From NCBI GenBank assembly GCA_000004695.1, contig CM000151.3, positions 4,416,001 to 4,480,000 of the forward strand: a stretch of 64,000 bases of DNA, written 5' to 3'. The notes beneath the pieces were generated by a model, which saw only the letters and a list, made by a program, of their open reading frames with translations, searched no databases and was not told the DNA's origin. The stretch comes from Dictyostelium discoideum. Its lineage: Eukaryota. The translations under genes were made by a program, and so were the position numbers. Position 1 is the stretch's first letter. The number at the start of each line of letters is the position of its first letter. This document shows, one piece after another, positions 32,686 to 64,000 of the stretch.

Positions 32686-33267
32686 TCTTTATAGATAAAA
32701 AAATATTATTATTATTATTTTTATTATTTTGTTTCTTAATATTATATAATCTCTCTTTCTATATCTGTATCTCTCTCTATCTCTGTATTATCTATTACGT
32801 TTAACCTATATGTGACAAAATTATGTTAGGAATTGAAAAAAAAAAAAAAAAAAAAAAATTTATTATTAGTGAATATACCTTAGAAATAAAGGAAAGTAAA
32901 TTTGTTTTTATTATTATTTCTTCAATTAATTTGATAATGTGTGTGTGTGTTTTTTTTTTTTTAAAAAAAATAAAAAAAAACTCCTTTCTTTTTTTTCTTT
33001 TTTTTTTTTTTTGTTGTTTTTGCTTTTTTTTTTTTTATTTTAAACTTACAAAAAAACACTTGGGTGTATGTTTTTTTTTTTTTTTTTCCTCACTCAAAAA
33101 TCTAATTAGGTTAGGTTTGAACAACAAAAAAGAAATTATTATATATTTATTTTTATGTAAATTTATAAAAAAAATTCGTAACGATGACCTTGTGTGTTTG
33201 GGAGAGAATTATAAAAAAAAAATTTTGAAAAAAAAAATAAAAAAAAAAAAAAAAAAACAAAATTTTG

Positions 33268-33299
<32 letters not shown>

Positions 33300-33563
33300 A
33301 ATAAATAAAAAAAAAAATAGAGAAAATAAAATTGATCTGTAAAAATTTTAAAAATAAAAAAATTAATTATTGAAACATCTTAGATTTATAATTTTTATAC
33401 TATTTTTTTATTATAAATAATAATTTAACTTATTTTTACATTTTTTTTTTATTTTTTTTTTTCCAGTCCCACTAAATTTATTATTATTATTAATATATAA
33501 TATTTTAATTATTTGATCGATTATTTTTTTTTTTTTAATTTTATTTTATTTTTTTTAAATTTT

Positions 33564-33974
33564 CTATTCAGGTCTGGAAATAAAACTTAAAACAACACAA
33601 ATAGTTGCAGTGATTTCAACAAATAATGAAATGATAACTAAAATCCAACCAGTTCCAGGTCCGAATTTTACAATCAAACCACCAACACTAACAGTTCCTC
33701 TCCATTTTGAATCACAAGTTTTCACACAATAAATGAATTTTGTACCATTATCTTCATCCTTTTCAAATGCTTTAGTTGTACCAGCCATAACACAAACTGA
33801 AATAAATGTACAAATCAACATACCAATTACCATAAATCTTGCGATTGTCCATATCTTTTCATTTCTTAAAATTCCAATTTGATTTAAAATTGTAATTATA
33901 ATTATAAAAAATCCAATCATGAATGCAAATGCTGAAAATGCTAATCCAGTATTAAATATATTACGAGTACTATA

Positions 33975-34014
<40 letters not shown>

Positions 34015-34295
34015 TTAGTGAATAAATTATTTTTAATTATTATTTTTAATTATTTTCCATACTTTTTTAAATCAAAATCGCCCCAATCCATATTATCTGA
34101 AGTACTTGACGTTGTTAATGTTTCTATTGTTGAAACTATTTTAGGTGAATACATTGAAATGTCATATGTTATACCATTTACGGTATCTGCATAATTAATG
34201 TAATACCATCTGGTTGCCATACCTGCAACCAATAGACATATCGATATAAATACCAATACTAATGTTGCTATTTTTAATTTTCCAATTTCTGCCAT
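33564..34295 (-). CDS. Small 4-TM membrane protein, paralogue X. 2 exons: 34295..34063 and 33969..33564 (about 212 aa)
   Basis: ATG is at 34295 (MAEIGKLKIATLVLVFISICLLVAGMATRWYY...). The donor is AA|GTATGG at 34062 and the 93-nt intron ends tattatAG at 33971/33970. Exon 2 is in frame and gives ...TRNIFNTGLAFSAFAFMIGFFIIII... IARFMVIGMLICTFISVCVMAG ... CVKTCDSKW ... KFGPGTGWILVIISLFVEITATICVVLSF. There are four hydrophobic helices, and the second loop carries a CxxxC motif. Confidence 0.55.
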
Positions 34296-34297
34296 TC

Positions 34298-34331
<34 letters not shown>

Positions 34332-34591
34332 TTTTTTTTCTTTCAATAAAAAAATTATATAAATAATAATAATATAGAAATAATAATAATAATAATAATA
34401 ACTAAATTTTAAATTGTATTTTAAATTTGGAATTGAAATGGAAAAAAATAAAAAAATAAAAAAAAAACAAAAAAAAAATAAAAATAAAAAAAAAAAAAAA
34501 AAAAATAAAAATAAAAATATCATCCTCATATTTTAAAATAACTGATTTTCAAATAAAATTTTCTATCAACGCGATAAATTGGTTTATTTTT

Positions 34592-34625
<34 letters not shown>

Positions 34626-34726
34626 TTCCAAATTCTTTTTTTCTTTTTTTCTTTTTTATTTGAATTTTAATGGTCATATGACACAATGTTGTAAATATAA
34701 AAGTACATTTCTTGGTTTAAAAATTT

Positions 34727-34757
<31 letters not shown>

Positions 34758-34800
34758 CACCCAACACAAAAAAAAAAAAAAGAAAAAAAAAAATTTTATT

Positions 34801-34995
34801 TTAAATTCTCGGTATAAATGTAAATAAAAATACACAGGGTAATAAAAAAAGCTCTGATAGTAATGAACAACATGCGATAATGAAAGCTGGGCCAGGTCCA
34901 AATCCAGTTACACTATTATCGGTTTTTATTTCGCCACTCCATTTTTCATCACAACTATTATTACAATAATAAAATGAATTTGTAGAATTATTATT

Positions 34996-35026
<31 letters not shown>

Positions 35027-35578
35027 AAATTTTCTAAATCATTTTTAAAAGCTTTAGTAATTCCAGATAAAATTGAAGCTGATATTATTGTAAAAATAAA
35101 CATTAAAATAACAGCAATTCTACTAAATACAGGCATTCTTTTATTTCCATACATATGTTTTCTAAATTTAAAAAAATATGCAATTAATGATAAAATACCC
35201 AAAACAAATGCAATTATTGAAAATGCTAAACATGAATTAATTATTTTATGTGTACTTGATATTTATAAATAATTTAAAAATTAGTGTTAAAATTATTATT
35301 TATTATTATTTATTATTATTATTATTAATTTTTCAAAATTATTACCTTTTTAAATTAAAATCATTCCAATTTTTAGTGGTTTTAATATCATTATATGAAC
35401 TTGTTTGAACAATTTTTGTTGAATAAAATGTAAAATCTTCACTAATATCATACTTTATATTATAATAATTTACATAGTACCAGTTTGTAAAAAAGGTTGG
35501 AATAAGTGCACAACATGAGATGCAAATTAATATAAAACTTATAATATTACCCCAATTTTTGGGGCCGTAATACGTCAT
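34801..35578 (-). CDS. Small 4-TM membrane protein, paralogue Y (tandem duplicate of X). 2 exons: 35578..35346 and 35254..34801 (about 228 aa)
   Basis: ATG is at 35578 (MTYYGPKNWGNIISFILICISCCALIPTFFTNWYYVNYY...). Exon 1 is exactly 233 nt, as in X, and ends AG|GTAAT at 35345. The 91-nt intron ends atatcaAG at 35256/35255. Exon 2 (THKIINSCLAFSIIAFVLGIL ... CNNSCDEKW ... GFGPGPAFIIACCSLLSELFLLPCVFLF) is collinear with X, including the intron phase. Confidence 0.55.
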
Positions 35579-35890
35579 TTAAAATTATTTTATTTAAAAA
35601 GAAAAAAAAATTAATTTGCCAAAAAGGGTTTAAAAAAAAAAAAAAAAAAAATTGAAATCGAGAAAATTAAAAATAAAAAAAAAAAAAAGAAAAAAAATAG
35701 AAAATCCCAAACTTTAATTTTCTAGATAAAATGAAAATTAAAAATAATAATAAAAAAAAAACATTGTTTTTTTTGTGATTTTTAATTATTATTATTTTGA
35801 AATTTGCATTGGCAATTATTTTTTATTTTTATTTATTTATTTTTTTTTATATATACATTAATTTTAATTTTTAATTTTTTAATTTCCTGG

Positions 35891-35944
<54 letters not shown>

Positions 35945-35946
35945 CC

Positions 35947-36200
35947 TTAATTGATAAATCCTTTTTTATTTTGCTTTTCAAATGGATTATCAAAACTTAT
36001 ATTATTTTCCAAAAGAGGTGAAATTGGCAGAGGTGTAATTGATATTAATTGTGGCGATGAATTTATACTACTATTATTACTACCATCAAATGATAGTTGA
36101 GGTGATGATGATGTTGATGTCGATGTTGATATATTTGGTGAATTATTATTATTATTACTATTATTTGTATTATTATCGATACTAATGATATTGTTATTAT

Positions 36201-36247
<47 letters not shown>

Positions 36248-36527
36248 GGTAATAAAGTTATTTCATTTGAAGTGCTTGTTGGTACTACAGCAGTTGGGCC
36301 GACTGGAATAGTAATTGAACCAACAATTGTTGGGAATTCTTTTGTTATGAAATCTCTTAATTGACCCTCAACTAATGTTGAAACAAATTTAGCAGCAGCT
36401 GGAAAATCATCAAAACTTGTAACTATATTAACCTTTTTTAATGGATCTTCTGTAAAAAATGCTTCGATTTTACCACCACCATTATTATTATTACTATTAT
36501 TACTATTATTACTATTATTATTATTAT

Positions 36528-36558
<31 letters not shown>

Positions 36559-36572
36559 TGCTGATCCTGCAA

Positions 36573-36617
<45 letters not shown>

Positions 36618-37161
36618 CATTATTTAAAATTGAAACTGACAAAACACCATCAAATTCAATATCTCTAATAGTTATACTTAATGGCACAATATGTGGATTT
36701 GCAGCTGACCCAAATTTAAGCCTTTTAATTAATTCTCTTTCTTGTTTAGATGATGTAATTGTTGTTGCCATATATATTGGATTTGCCTATATTGTTAAAA
36801 TTGAAAAAATAAAAAATAAATATAAAAAAAAAAAAAAAATACGAATTTTAGAATCTTCAATTGAATGAAGGGAATGAAAATAAAAATAAAAATAAAAACA
36901 TACTTGAACCATTGTTCTTAATTCTAATAAACCATTGCCATTATATTTTATTTTAAAAACGAATTTTAAACGATTGATTGATGGATCGACTTCTAATAAT
37001 TGAATATTTGGTGCAATATCACCTAAATGAATATTATGAACTAATAGTTTATCTGTAATGTTTGGAATTGGTGGTCCACTATTTAATGTTGTATTTAGTG
37101 ATGTTTTCAATGTTTCGTAAAACTTTTCATCAAAACCTCCCCAACTTAATTTAAATGACAT
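35947..37161 (-). CDS. mdm12: Mdm12-like SMP-domain protein (ERMES-complex subunit family). 2 exons: 37161..36904 and 36786..35947 (about 365 aa)
   Basis: The N-terminus MSFKLSWGGFDEKFYETLKTSLNTTLNSGPPIPNITDKLLVHNIHLGDIAPNIQLLEV follows the Mdm12 pattern MSF.lnW...F......LN........P..I..L.V....LG...P.I.L.E. Donor is CAA|GTATGT at 36903 and the 117-nt intron ends aacaatatAG at 36788/36787. Exon 2 is in frame (ANPIYMATTITSSKQERELIKRLKFG...) and carries low-complexity inserts: poly-Asn, and poly-Thr encoded by (TGT)n on the plus strand. Confidence 0.55.
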
Positions 37162-37166
37162 TTTCG

Positions 37167-37203
<37 letters not shown>

Positions 37204-37272
37204 TGATACAAGTTGTATTATTAATATTATTATTATTATATTATTATTAATGTTATTGAGTGCAAAATAGTG

Positions 37273-37311
37273 AATGGTGGCGATGGATGGTGGCGATGGA
37301 TGGTGGTGATT
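37273..37311. promoter_or_regulatory. GC-rich 13-bp tandem repeat (ATGGTGGCGATGG x2 plus a degenerate third copy) in the shared mdm12/grx5 upstream region
   Basis: This is the only GC-rich element in the roughly 640-bp AT-rich interval between the divergent ATGs at 37161 (minus) and 37801 (plus). Confidence 0.4.
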
Positions 37312-37800
37312 GAAATAATTTAATCTAAAATTTTTGTTGTGTTTTTGAATAAAAAAAAAAAAAATAAAAAAAAAAAAAATAAAATTTTTTTTTATTTTTT
37401 TTTTATTTTTTTTTTATTTTTTTTATTTTGGCGCAAGATAACAGGATAAACCTTTTTAAAAACTTTGAAGATTGACCTGCTAAAGTTTTTTTTTTTTTTT
37501 TTTTTCTATCAATTTATTTTATTATGTATTAAATTTTATTTTGTTTTTGTTTATTTTATTTTTTATTTTCATTTTTTATTTTTATTTTTTTTTTTTTTTA
37601 TTTTTTAAATTTTATTTATATCCAAAAAAAAAAAAATACAAATTAAACAGCAAATCATTTGTTTTGGAAAAAAAAAAAAAAACGATATTTTTTTTGAATT
37701 TTTTTCATTTTATTTTTTTTTTTTTTATTTTTTCATTTTATTTTATTTTTTTTTTTTAATTAATTAAATTTCGATTTCACACCCAATACATACACATAAA

Positions 37801-38676
<876 letters not shown>

Positions 38677-38939
38677 AATTATAAATAAAATAAAAAAAAA
38701 ATAAAAATAAAAATAAAAAAAAATAATAATTATATTATCACTCTTGACACCAAGATATAATAAAGTTTTAAATCTCAACAGTTATTAAAATTATTTGTCA
38801 AAACTTAAAAACATGGAATTTATAATTATTTAGTTACTCAAATTTTTTTTATTTTAAATCCAATTCAATTGTTATTTTGTTTTTTTTTTAATTAATAATG
38901 AAATTTCATAATTAATTAATCCATGAAATTTCATTATTG

Positions 38940-38993
<54 letters not shown>

Positions 38994-39382
38994 ATTTTTT
39001 ATTTTATTATTAAAATAAAAGTTACCAAAAAAAAAAAGTTAATAAAAAACATTAAAAAATAAAAAGGTATCTTAAAATAATTATTTGGTTTTTTTTTTTT
39101 TTTTCCATAATAGTCAGTTGGAAACCTTTTGTTTAATTTTATTTATTTTGTTTTATTTTTTTTATTTGAAATGTTTTTAAGAACCAATCAAAAAAAAAAT
39201 TGATTAGATATTTTTTTTTTTTTATATTTTTTTTTTTTTCACAATTTTCATAAAAATAATTGGGTTACCCATATTTCATATTAATTTCAATTAAAATTAG
39301 CCATTCTAAAAAATTTTATTTTTTTTGAATTTTTTTAATTATTTTTTTTTAAAAATGGGATTTTTTTTTTTTTTTTTAGGGG

Positions 39383-39389
39383 TATAAAA
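39383..39389 (+). promoter_or_regulatory. TATA box of actin copy 2 (GGGGTATAAAATG), 81 bp upstream of the ATG
   Basis: Identical to the element at 2462-2468, within the duplicated promoter block. Confidence 0.5.
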
Positions 39390-39451
39390 TGAAAAATTAA
39401 ATCATTTTTTTTTTTTTTCTATAGTTTTAATAAACAAATATTTAAATATAA

Positions 39452-40594
<1,143 letters not shown>

Positions 40595-41215
40595 ACAATT
40601 AAAACTAGTGATGAAAGTGCTTCTCACAAATATTTATGTAAAATATATAATAAAATACATTTAATATTTTTAGGTTTTGTTTAGTTGTTGATCTTTATCC
40701 GACTATTTAAAATCTAAATAATAATTTGTAAAAAAAAAAAAAAGAAAAAAACATTTTTGTTTATATTTATATTATATTTTTTTTAAGTGTTTTTTAAATT
40801 GGACAATGTTCTTGGAAAATATTTAAAATCAATATTAAATGATTTGTTTTAATTTTTAAATGAAATTACCAAAAAAGAAAGAACCCCTTTGTCAACTTTT
40901 CCATTTTTTCTTTTTTTTTTTTTTTTTCAATTTTTAACCTATAAATAATACATTAAGAATGTATTGAACATGTTTAAAGTTTACAAAGGATTTTCTTTTA
41001 TTAATTTTACTTTTTAACAAATTTATAAATATAAAAAAAACTTGGAAGTTGATAAAGGGATTTCTTTGTAGATTTGCTAAAAGGTAATATTATTTCAAAG
41101 ATTTTTTAAATGTTTTTAATGTCAATATAATATGTTTTTAATTTTTATATAATTAGTTTTATTTTATTTATTTTATTTATGTTTTTAATATTTTATTTTT
41201 TTTTATTTTATTTTT

Positions 41216-59690
<18,475 letters not shown>

Positions 59691-60279
59691 ATTTGTTTAA
59701 AATATATGAAAAAAAAAAAAAAAAATAACTACTTTTTTTTTTTTTTTTTTAATTTCTTTTTTTAAAAAAACAATATAATATATTTAAATAAAAAAAAAAA
59801 AAATAAAAAATATAAAAAAAATAAAAAAAAAAGTTTTATTTATAAATAAACATGTAAATACTAGTATTTTTTTTTCAATTGACTTTTTTTTTTTTTTTTT
59901 TTAATTTTTATTTTCAAAAAAAGATTTTTTTTTTTTATTTTTTTTTTTTTTATTTTTTTTTTTATTTTCAAAACAGGTTAGAAGGTGCCGTGCTTCTACT
60001 AAAAAAAAAAAAAAAAATAAAAAAAAAATTAAAATAAAATAAAAAAAAATAAAAATTTAAACAGAAAATTTTTTTGAAAGATTTTTAAATTACTTATATT
60101 TGATTCCTATTTTTTATTTTTCATTCTTTTTTTTTATTTTATATTAATTTTATTATAAAATTAAAAATTTCCCCATTAATTCTATTTTTTATTTTGGATT
60201 TCGCAATCAAGAAATATTTTTTTTTTTAGATTTTTTTTTTTTTTTTTTTGATTTTGATTTGTGGCCCAATCAACCGTGT

Positions 60280-60316
<37 letters not shown>

Positions 60317-60399
60317 TTTAATTTTTTATTTTTTTATTTTTAAAATTTTCTATTTTCTATTTTTATATATTTTAAATAAAAAAAAAATATATTTTAAAA

Positions 60400-62843
60400 A
60401 TGAAATCATATTATTATTTATTATTTGTATTTTTGATAATTTCCAATATTTTAAAGGTAACAAAATCTGATTTTTTATCATTTATTGGCCCTATTGATAT
60501 TGAAGATAATTCCTTTTTCGATCAATCTGTTTGGTCACCACAAAAAATTCCAACATTTTCAGATTCACTTTTAATTGGAAATGGAGCCACTTGTTGGATT
60601 ACACCATATGATAGTATTGCTTTATCCAATTCTTTAAAAATAACCAATGATTCAGTATTAGCATTAACTGGAGATTATGGAATTGATGAAAAATTTGAAT
60701 TATTTGGTGGAAATTTAATAATGGCCTTAAGATCTAATCTCCTTGCAGGTACAATCACTGCTGAAAATAGTACAATTTTAATTCAAAACTTTTTTACACA
60801 TATCAACGATTTTGATTATGATGCAATTGTAAAAGATACAAATATAACAATTTCCAGTTTTGCTACTTTATTAGTTCGTAAGTTAACCAATTCATTTAAA
60901 AAAAAATAAATAAAAATAAAAAAATATTAATTTATTTTCCGAAAAAAAAAAAAGATCATAATTCAACATTTTCATTAGATAATTCAAGTTTAACAGTTAT
61001 TAATAATGGTTATGTTGGAATTGGCGAAAATACTAAATTTTATTTAACATATCCATTAATTATGAATGATGTTAGTTTAATGGAATGTATTGGTGGTGTA
61101 ATTTGGATTAATAAATTTGATTGTTTTTTAGAATCTGAAATGAAAATTTTTGATTCAAATATTACATTTTTTGATACTGTTAATTTTTATGATTATTCAA
61201 AAGTATCATTTATTGATACCAGAGTGTTAGTACTTGGTAATATTAATTCGTATGGTAATGTAACGACAATAGTGTATGGTGGTAGTTTACTTTTAAATGG
61301 TGATTATAAGTTAAGAGATAGTTCAAGATTTTTAGTAAATGGTAAAGATACAATGGTATTTGTTAGAGGTGAATTCTCAAATATAGATGATTCAATTTTT
61401 TATTTAAATCAAAGTCAATTCCTGGTGTATGGACATGCATCATTCTCAAGTCAAAGCTACTTTGATAGTGGTTTATTCGTTGTTAATAATATTGCTATTT
61501 GGAATGGATGGGTGTTGGGTAATTATACAAATTTCGTAGTGAATGGTTCATTGGTAATTAACACATCCTATGCATCTATGGTTGAAAGTCATATTGTATC
61601 AATTGGTGATATTACAGTCAACGGTATTCTAACAACTACCAATACACGTCTTTATGTGGATCAAGGTAATTTCATTGTTAGTGATAATGCAATTCTTCAA
61701 TTAATTGGCTCAGAAGCTAGAATTAATTCAGGTCAATTAAAAATCCATCCATTGGCATATATTGATATTGTGAATTCAAGTTTCACATTGATTACAGGTA
61801 ACGTTGATACATTGGGTAACGTTTATTTAGATAGTAGTTCAGATTTAAGTAATCAAAATGGTACTTATAATCTTTATTCTGGAATTTACTATACAAATGA
61901 TACAACTGTTAAAAGTAACAATGTTACAGTTTTAAATGATGGTGTTTTCAATGTGGCTAATAATTCCGTTCAAATCAATGTTGCATTTACAAATAGTGGT
62001 AATAATTCAAATATTGCTCAATTAAATATCAATAATAATACATTATTCATTTATGATTTTAAAAATGAAAATGGTGGTGAAATAACATTAAATGGTGGTA
62101 CTTTTTCAAGTGACAATTCAATTCAATTAAATGGTGGTTCAATTAAAGGAAGTGGTTCATTCAATACTTCAATCAATCAATCAAATGGTCAATTTGGTTC
62201 AAAATCAACTGTTAATAATTTTAATATTACTGGTGATTTCATTCAATCAAATAATTCAAATAATAATACAAAAATTATCATTGTAATTGATTCATTAGAT
62301 TCTTTCTCAACTTTAAATATTGGTAATTTAGCTGATATTAATGGTATAATTGAAATTAGAATTAATCAAGATATTTTAAAAAATTTAAATAATAATAATA
62401 ATAATAATAATAATCTTGAATCAAATTTATCATCTCAAAGTGGTAGTAGTAGTGATGGTATAAAGTCAGCATCATTTAATTTAATTAGTTATAATAGTAA
62501 GACATCAAATAGTTTTAATAATATTCAATTTAAAAGTTATGATCCAAAGAGTGGTAGTGAAAGTGATATTGATAAGAATTCTTGTATTCAACCAAAATCA
62601 AAAAGTGGTTCTTCCTCTTTCTCTGTATTATTAGAACAAAATGAAGACTGTGCTAATGGAGGTGATGGTGGTGGTGGCAAAAGTAAAATATCAGGTGGTG
62701 CAATTGCAGGTATTGTAATCGGTTGTGCAGTTTTAGCAATTATTATCATATCTACAGTACACTATCGTGAAAGATTAAGATTGTTTAAAATAAACACTTC
62801 AAGAAAAATTCGTAGTATGTCTGTAAAATTAACAAAAAAATAA
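60400..62843 (+). CDS. Type I membrane glycoprotein with a large N-glycosylation-rich ectodomain. 2 exons: 60400..60877 and 60955..62843 (about 788 aa)
   Basis: A signal peptide (MKSYYYLLFVFLIISNILKVTKS) follows the ATG. Exon 1 ends GTTC|GTAAGT at 60878, and the 77-nt intron ends aaaaaaAG at 60953/60954. Exon 2 is in frame with the track ORF 61062..62843. There are more than 40 N-x-S/T sequons, beta-strand-rich Asn/Gly/Thr repeats, a single TM helix (ISGGAIAGIVIGCAVLAIIIISTV) and a short basic tail (HYRERLRLFKINTSRKIRSMSVKLTKK). Confidence 0.6.
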
Positions 62844-63271
62844 ATTTTTTCTGTATTCCAAATCAATATCATTCATTTTTATTATTATTATTTTTTTTTT
62901 TTTTTGAATTATTTAATATTTATTTGTAATAACCTTCGCTATATGGGTATTTTAATTTTTGTTTTAAAGACCTAGATAATTTTGAACACTAAAATTTAAT
63001 AAATAAAAAAAAAAAATAACAAAAGAATTTTTTTAATTTCTTTTTTTTTTTTTTTTTTTTTTTTTTTCTTATTTTTTTTTTTCTTTTTTTTTTTTTTTTA
63101 ATTCTCTAATAAATTTTAGTGTTTGAAATTATCTAAACAATTTTAAAAAAAAAAATACAAAATAAAAAAAAAAGAAAAATTGAAGGAAAAATTTAAATTG
63201 AATCATGACCAAGGAACCTTGGTTATTATAATAATAACAAAATAATTAAAATATCTAAAAAATAATTTTTT

Positions 63272-63322
<51 letters not shown>

Positions 63323-63333
63323 TGCATGGTCAA

Positions 63334-63700
63334 ATAACGTTATTATTTTTTTTTTTTGAGTGTGAGATATTTAATTTTTATTTCTTAAAATTTAAATTAA
63401 TTTTTTTTGTAACGTTGTACGTGGTAAAAATAGAAAAAAATAAAAAAAATAAAAAAAGAAAAGAAAATAATTTAAAAAAATTAAAATTCATCAAAAGAAC
63501 AAAAAAAAAAAACGTTATTCATGGGATTTTAACAATTACCACCCCCTTTTAAATATTTATTATTGAAAATTCAATAATAATGTAAAACGTTACGTAATTT
63601 TAATGGATTTTTTTTTTTTTTTTTTTTTCACATTAAAATAATCCTATAAATAGTTAATTTTTTTTTTTTTATTCAATATTAAATTAAAAACGTTACTAAT
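63334..63700 (+). promoter_or_regulatory. Cluster of five AACGTTA (ACGT-core) motifs upstream of the gene starting at 63756
   Basis: The motif occurs at about 63337 (as the 12-bp palindrome AATAACGTTATT), 63411 (GTAACGTTGTACGTGG), 63511 (AAAACGTTATTC), 63587 (AAAACGTTACGTAA) and 63689 (AAAACGTTACTAAT). Spacing alternates around 75 and 100 bp, in an otherwise roughly 95% A+T region. Confidence 0.3.
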
Positions 63701-63755
63701 AAAAACAAATAAATATTATATCAAATAAATTAATAATAATAAAAAATTTTAAAAA

Positions 63756-64000
63756 ATGGAACAACAACAAAATCAAACAGAATCAGTTAATAATAATTCA
63801 ACAAAAGTTTGTGAAACATTTCTCCAAAACTTACCAACTGATGTAAAAGAAAGAAAGCAATACATTTGCCAAGTTAAGAAAGCTCTCAAAGAAGAAAAAA
63901 GAAAATTAAAACAAACTAAATATGAAAAGTATGGGAAACAATGCAAACGTGATAAACACGACAAACATGACAAACATGACAAACATGACAAACATGACAA
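63756..64000 (+). CDS. 5' part of a gene running off the window edge; the N-terminus MEQQQNQTESVNNNSTKVCETFLQNLPTDVKERKQYICQVKKALKEEKRKLKQTKYEKYGKQCKRDKH is followed by a (DKH)n repeat
   Basis: ATG is at 63756, after a poly-A leader. The frame is open to the window end. The last 45 nt are a tandem 9-bp unit GACAAACAT (at least 5 copies), encoding DKH repeats. Confidence 0.4.
   Translation, partial: MEQQQNQTESVNNNSTKVCETFLQNLPTDVKERKQYICQVKKALKEEKRKLKQTKYEKYGKQCKRDKHDKHDKHDKHDKHD

Noticed and set aside
32823-33308. 161-aa plus-strand ORF
   Set aside because: It is poly-K/poly-F translation of A/T homopolymers in the intergenic region upstream of the FG-repeat gene, and is not coding-like.
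63773-64000. Minus-strand ORF MSCLSCLSCLSCLS...
   Set aside because: It is the antisense reading of the (GACAAACAT)n DKH repeat of the plus-strand gene. The sense gene has a proper ATG and a poly-A leader.

Overview
This window looks like Dictyostelium discoideum (or a closely related dictyostelid) nuclear DNA: about 78% A+T, long homopolymer A/T runs between genes, poly-Asn/Gln/Ser/Thr tracts inside genes, short AT-rich GTAAGT...AG introns, and two actin genes whose protein is identical to the Dictyostelium major (Act8-group) actin. It is not prokaryotic, so there are no operons or CRISPR arrays.

About 19 protein-coding genes are supported on both strands:
- a partial 3' gene end at the left edge
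- a small secreted Gly/Ser-rich protein
- actin copy 1
- a frame-disrupted FNIP-repeat gene
- a TPR-like repeat protein
- a large SAM-domain plus Upf1-like helicase plus NFX1-zinc-finger (ZNFX1-like) gene
- a coiled-coil protein with EKEEKERK repeats
- two tandem ABCG half-transporter paralogues
- an SPX-EXS (XPR1/PHO1-like) membrane protein
- a roughly 5.8 kb FG/GLFG-repeat nucleoporin-like gene
- two tandem small 4-TM membrane-protein paralogues
- an Mdm12-like SMP-domain protein
- a Grx5-type monothiol glutaredoxin whose intron follows the ATG directly
- actin copy 2 (a segmental duplicate of copy 1 that includes the promoter)
- a giant (about 6,060-codon) VPS13/chorein-family gene
- an N-glycan-rich type I membrane protein
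- a partial gene with a (DKH)n repeat at the right edge

The ORF track uses bacterial start codons (TTG/GTG appear as M), so several of its starts are not real. I rebuilt exon structures from splice signals by eye.

Three genes (VPS13-like, FG-nucleoporin-like, FNIP) carry apparent single-base frame disruptions, mostly in or next to homopolymer or low-complexity sequence. These may be sequencing errors or real pseudogenisation and should be checked against reads or cDNA.

The observations I find most interesting are:
- the SAM-helicase-NFX1 finger architecture of the ZNFX1-like gene
- an intron made almost entirely of (AAT)n whose acceptor AG is the G of an in-frame TAG
- the divergent Mdm12/Grx5 pair sharing a short promoter region that holds a GC-rich tandem repeat
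- intron-position differences between the tandem ABCG paralogues
- a cluster of five AACGTTA (ACGT-core) motifs upstream of the last gene
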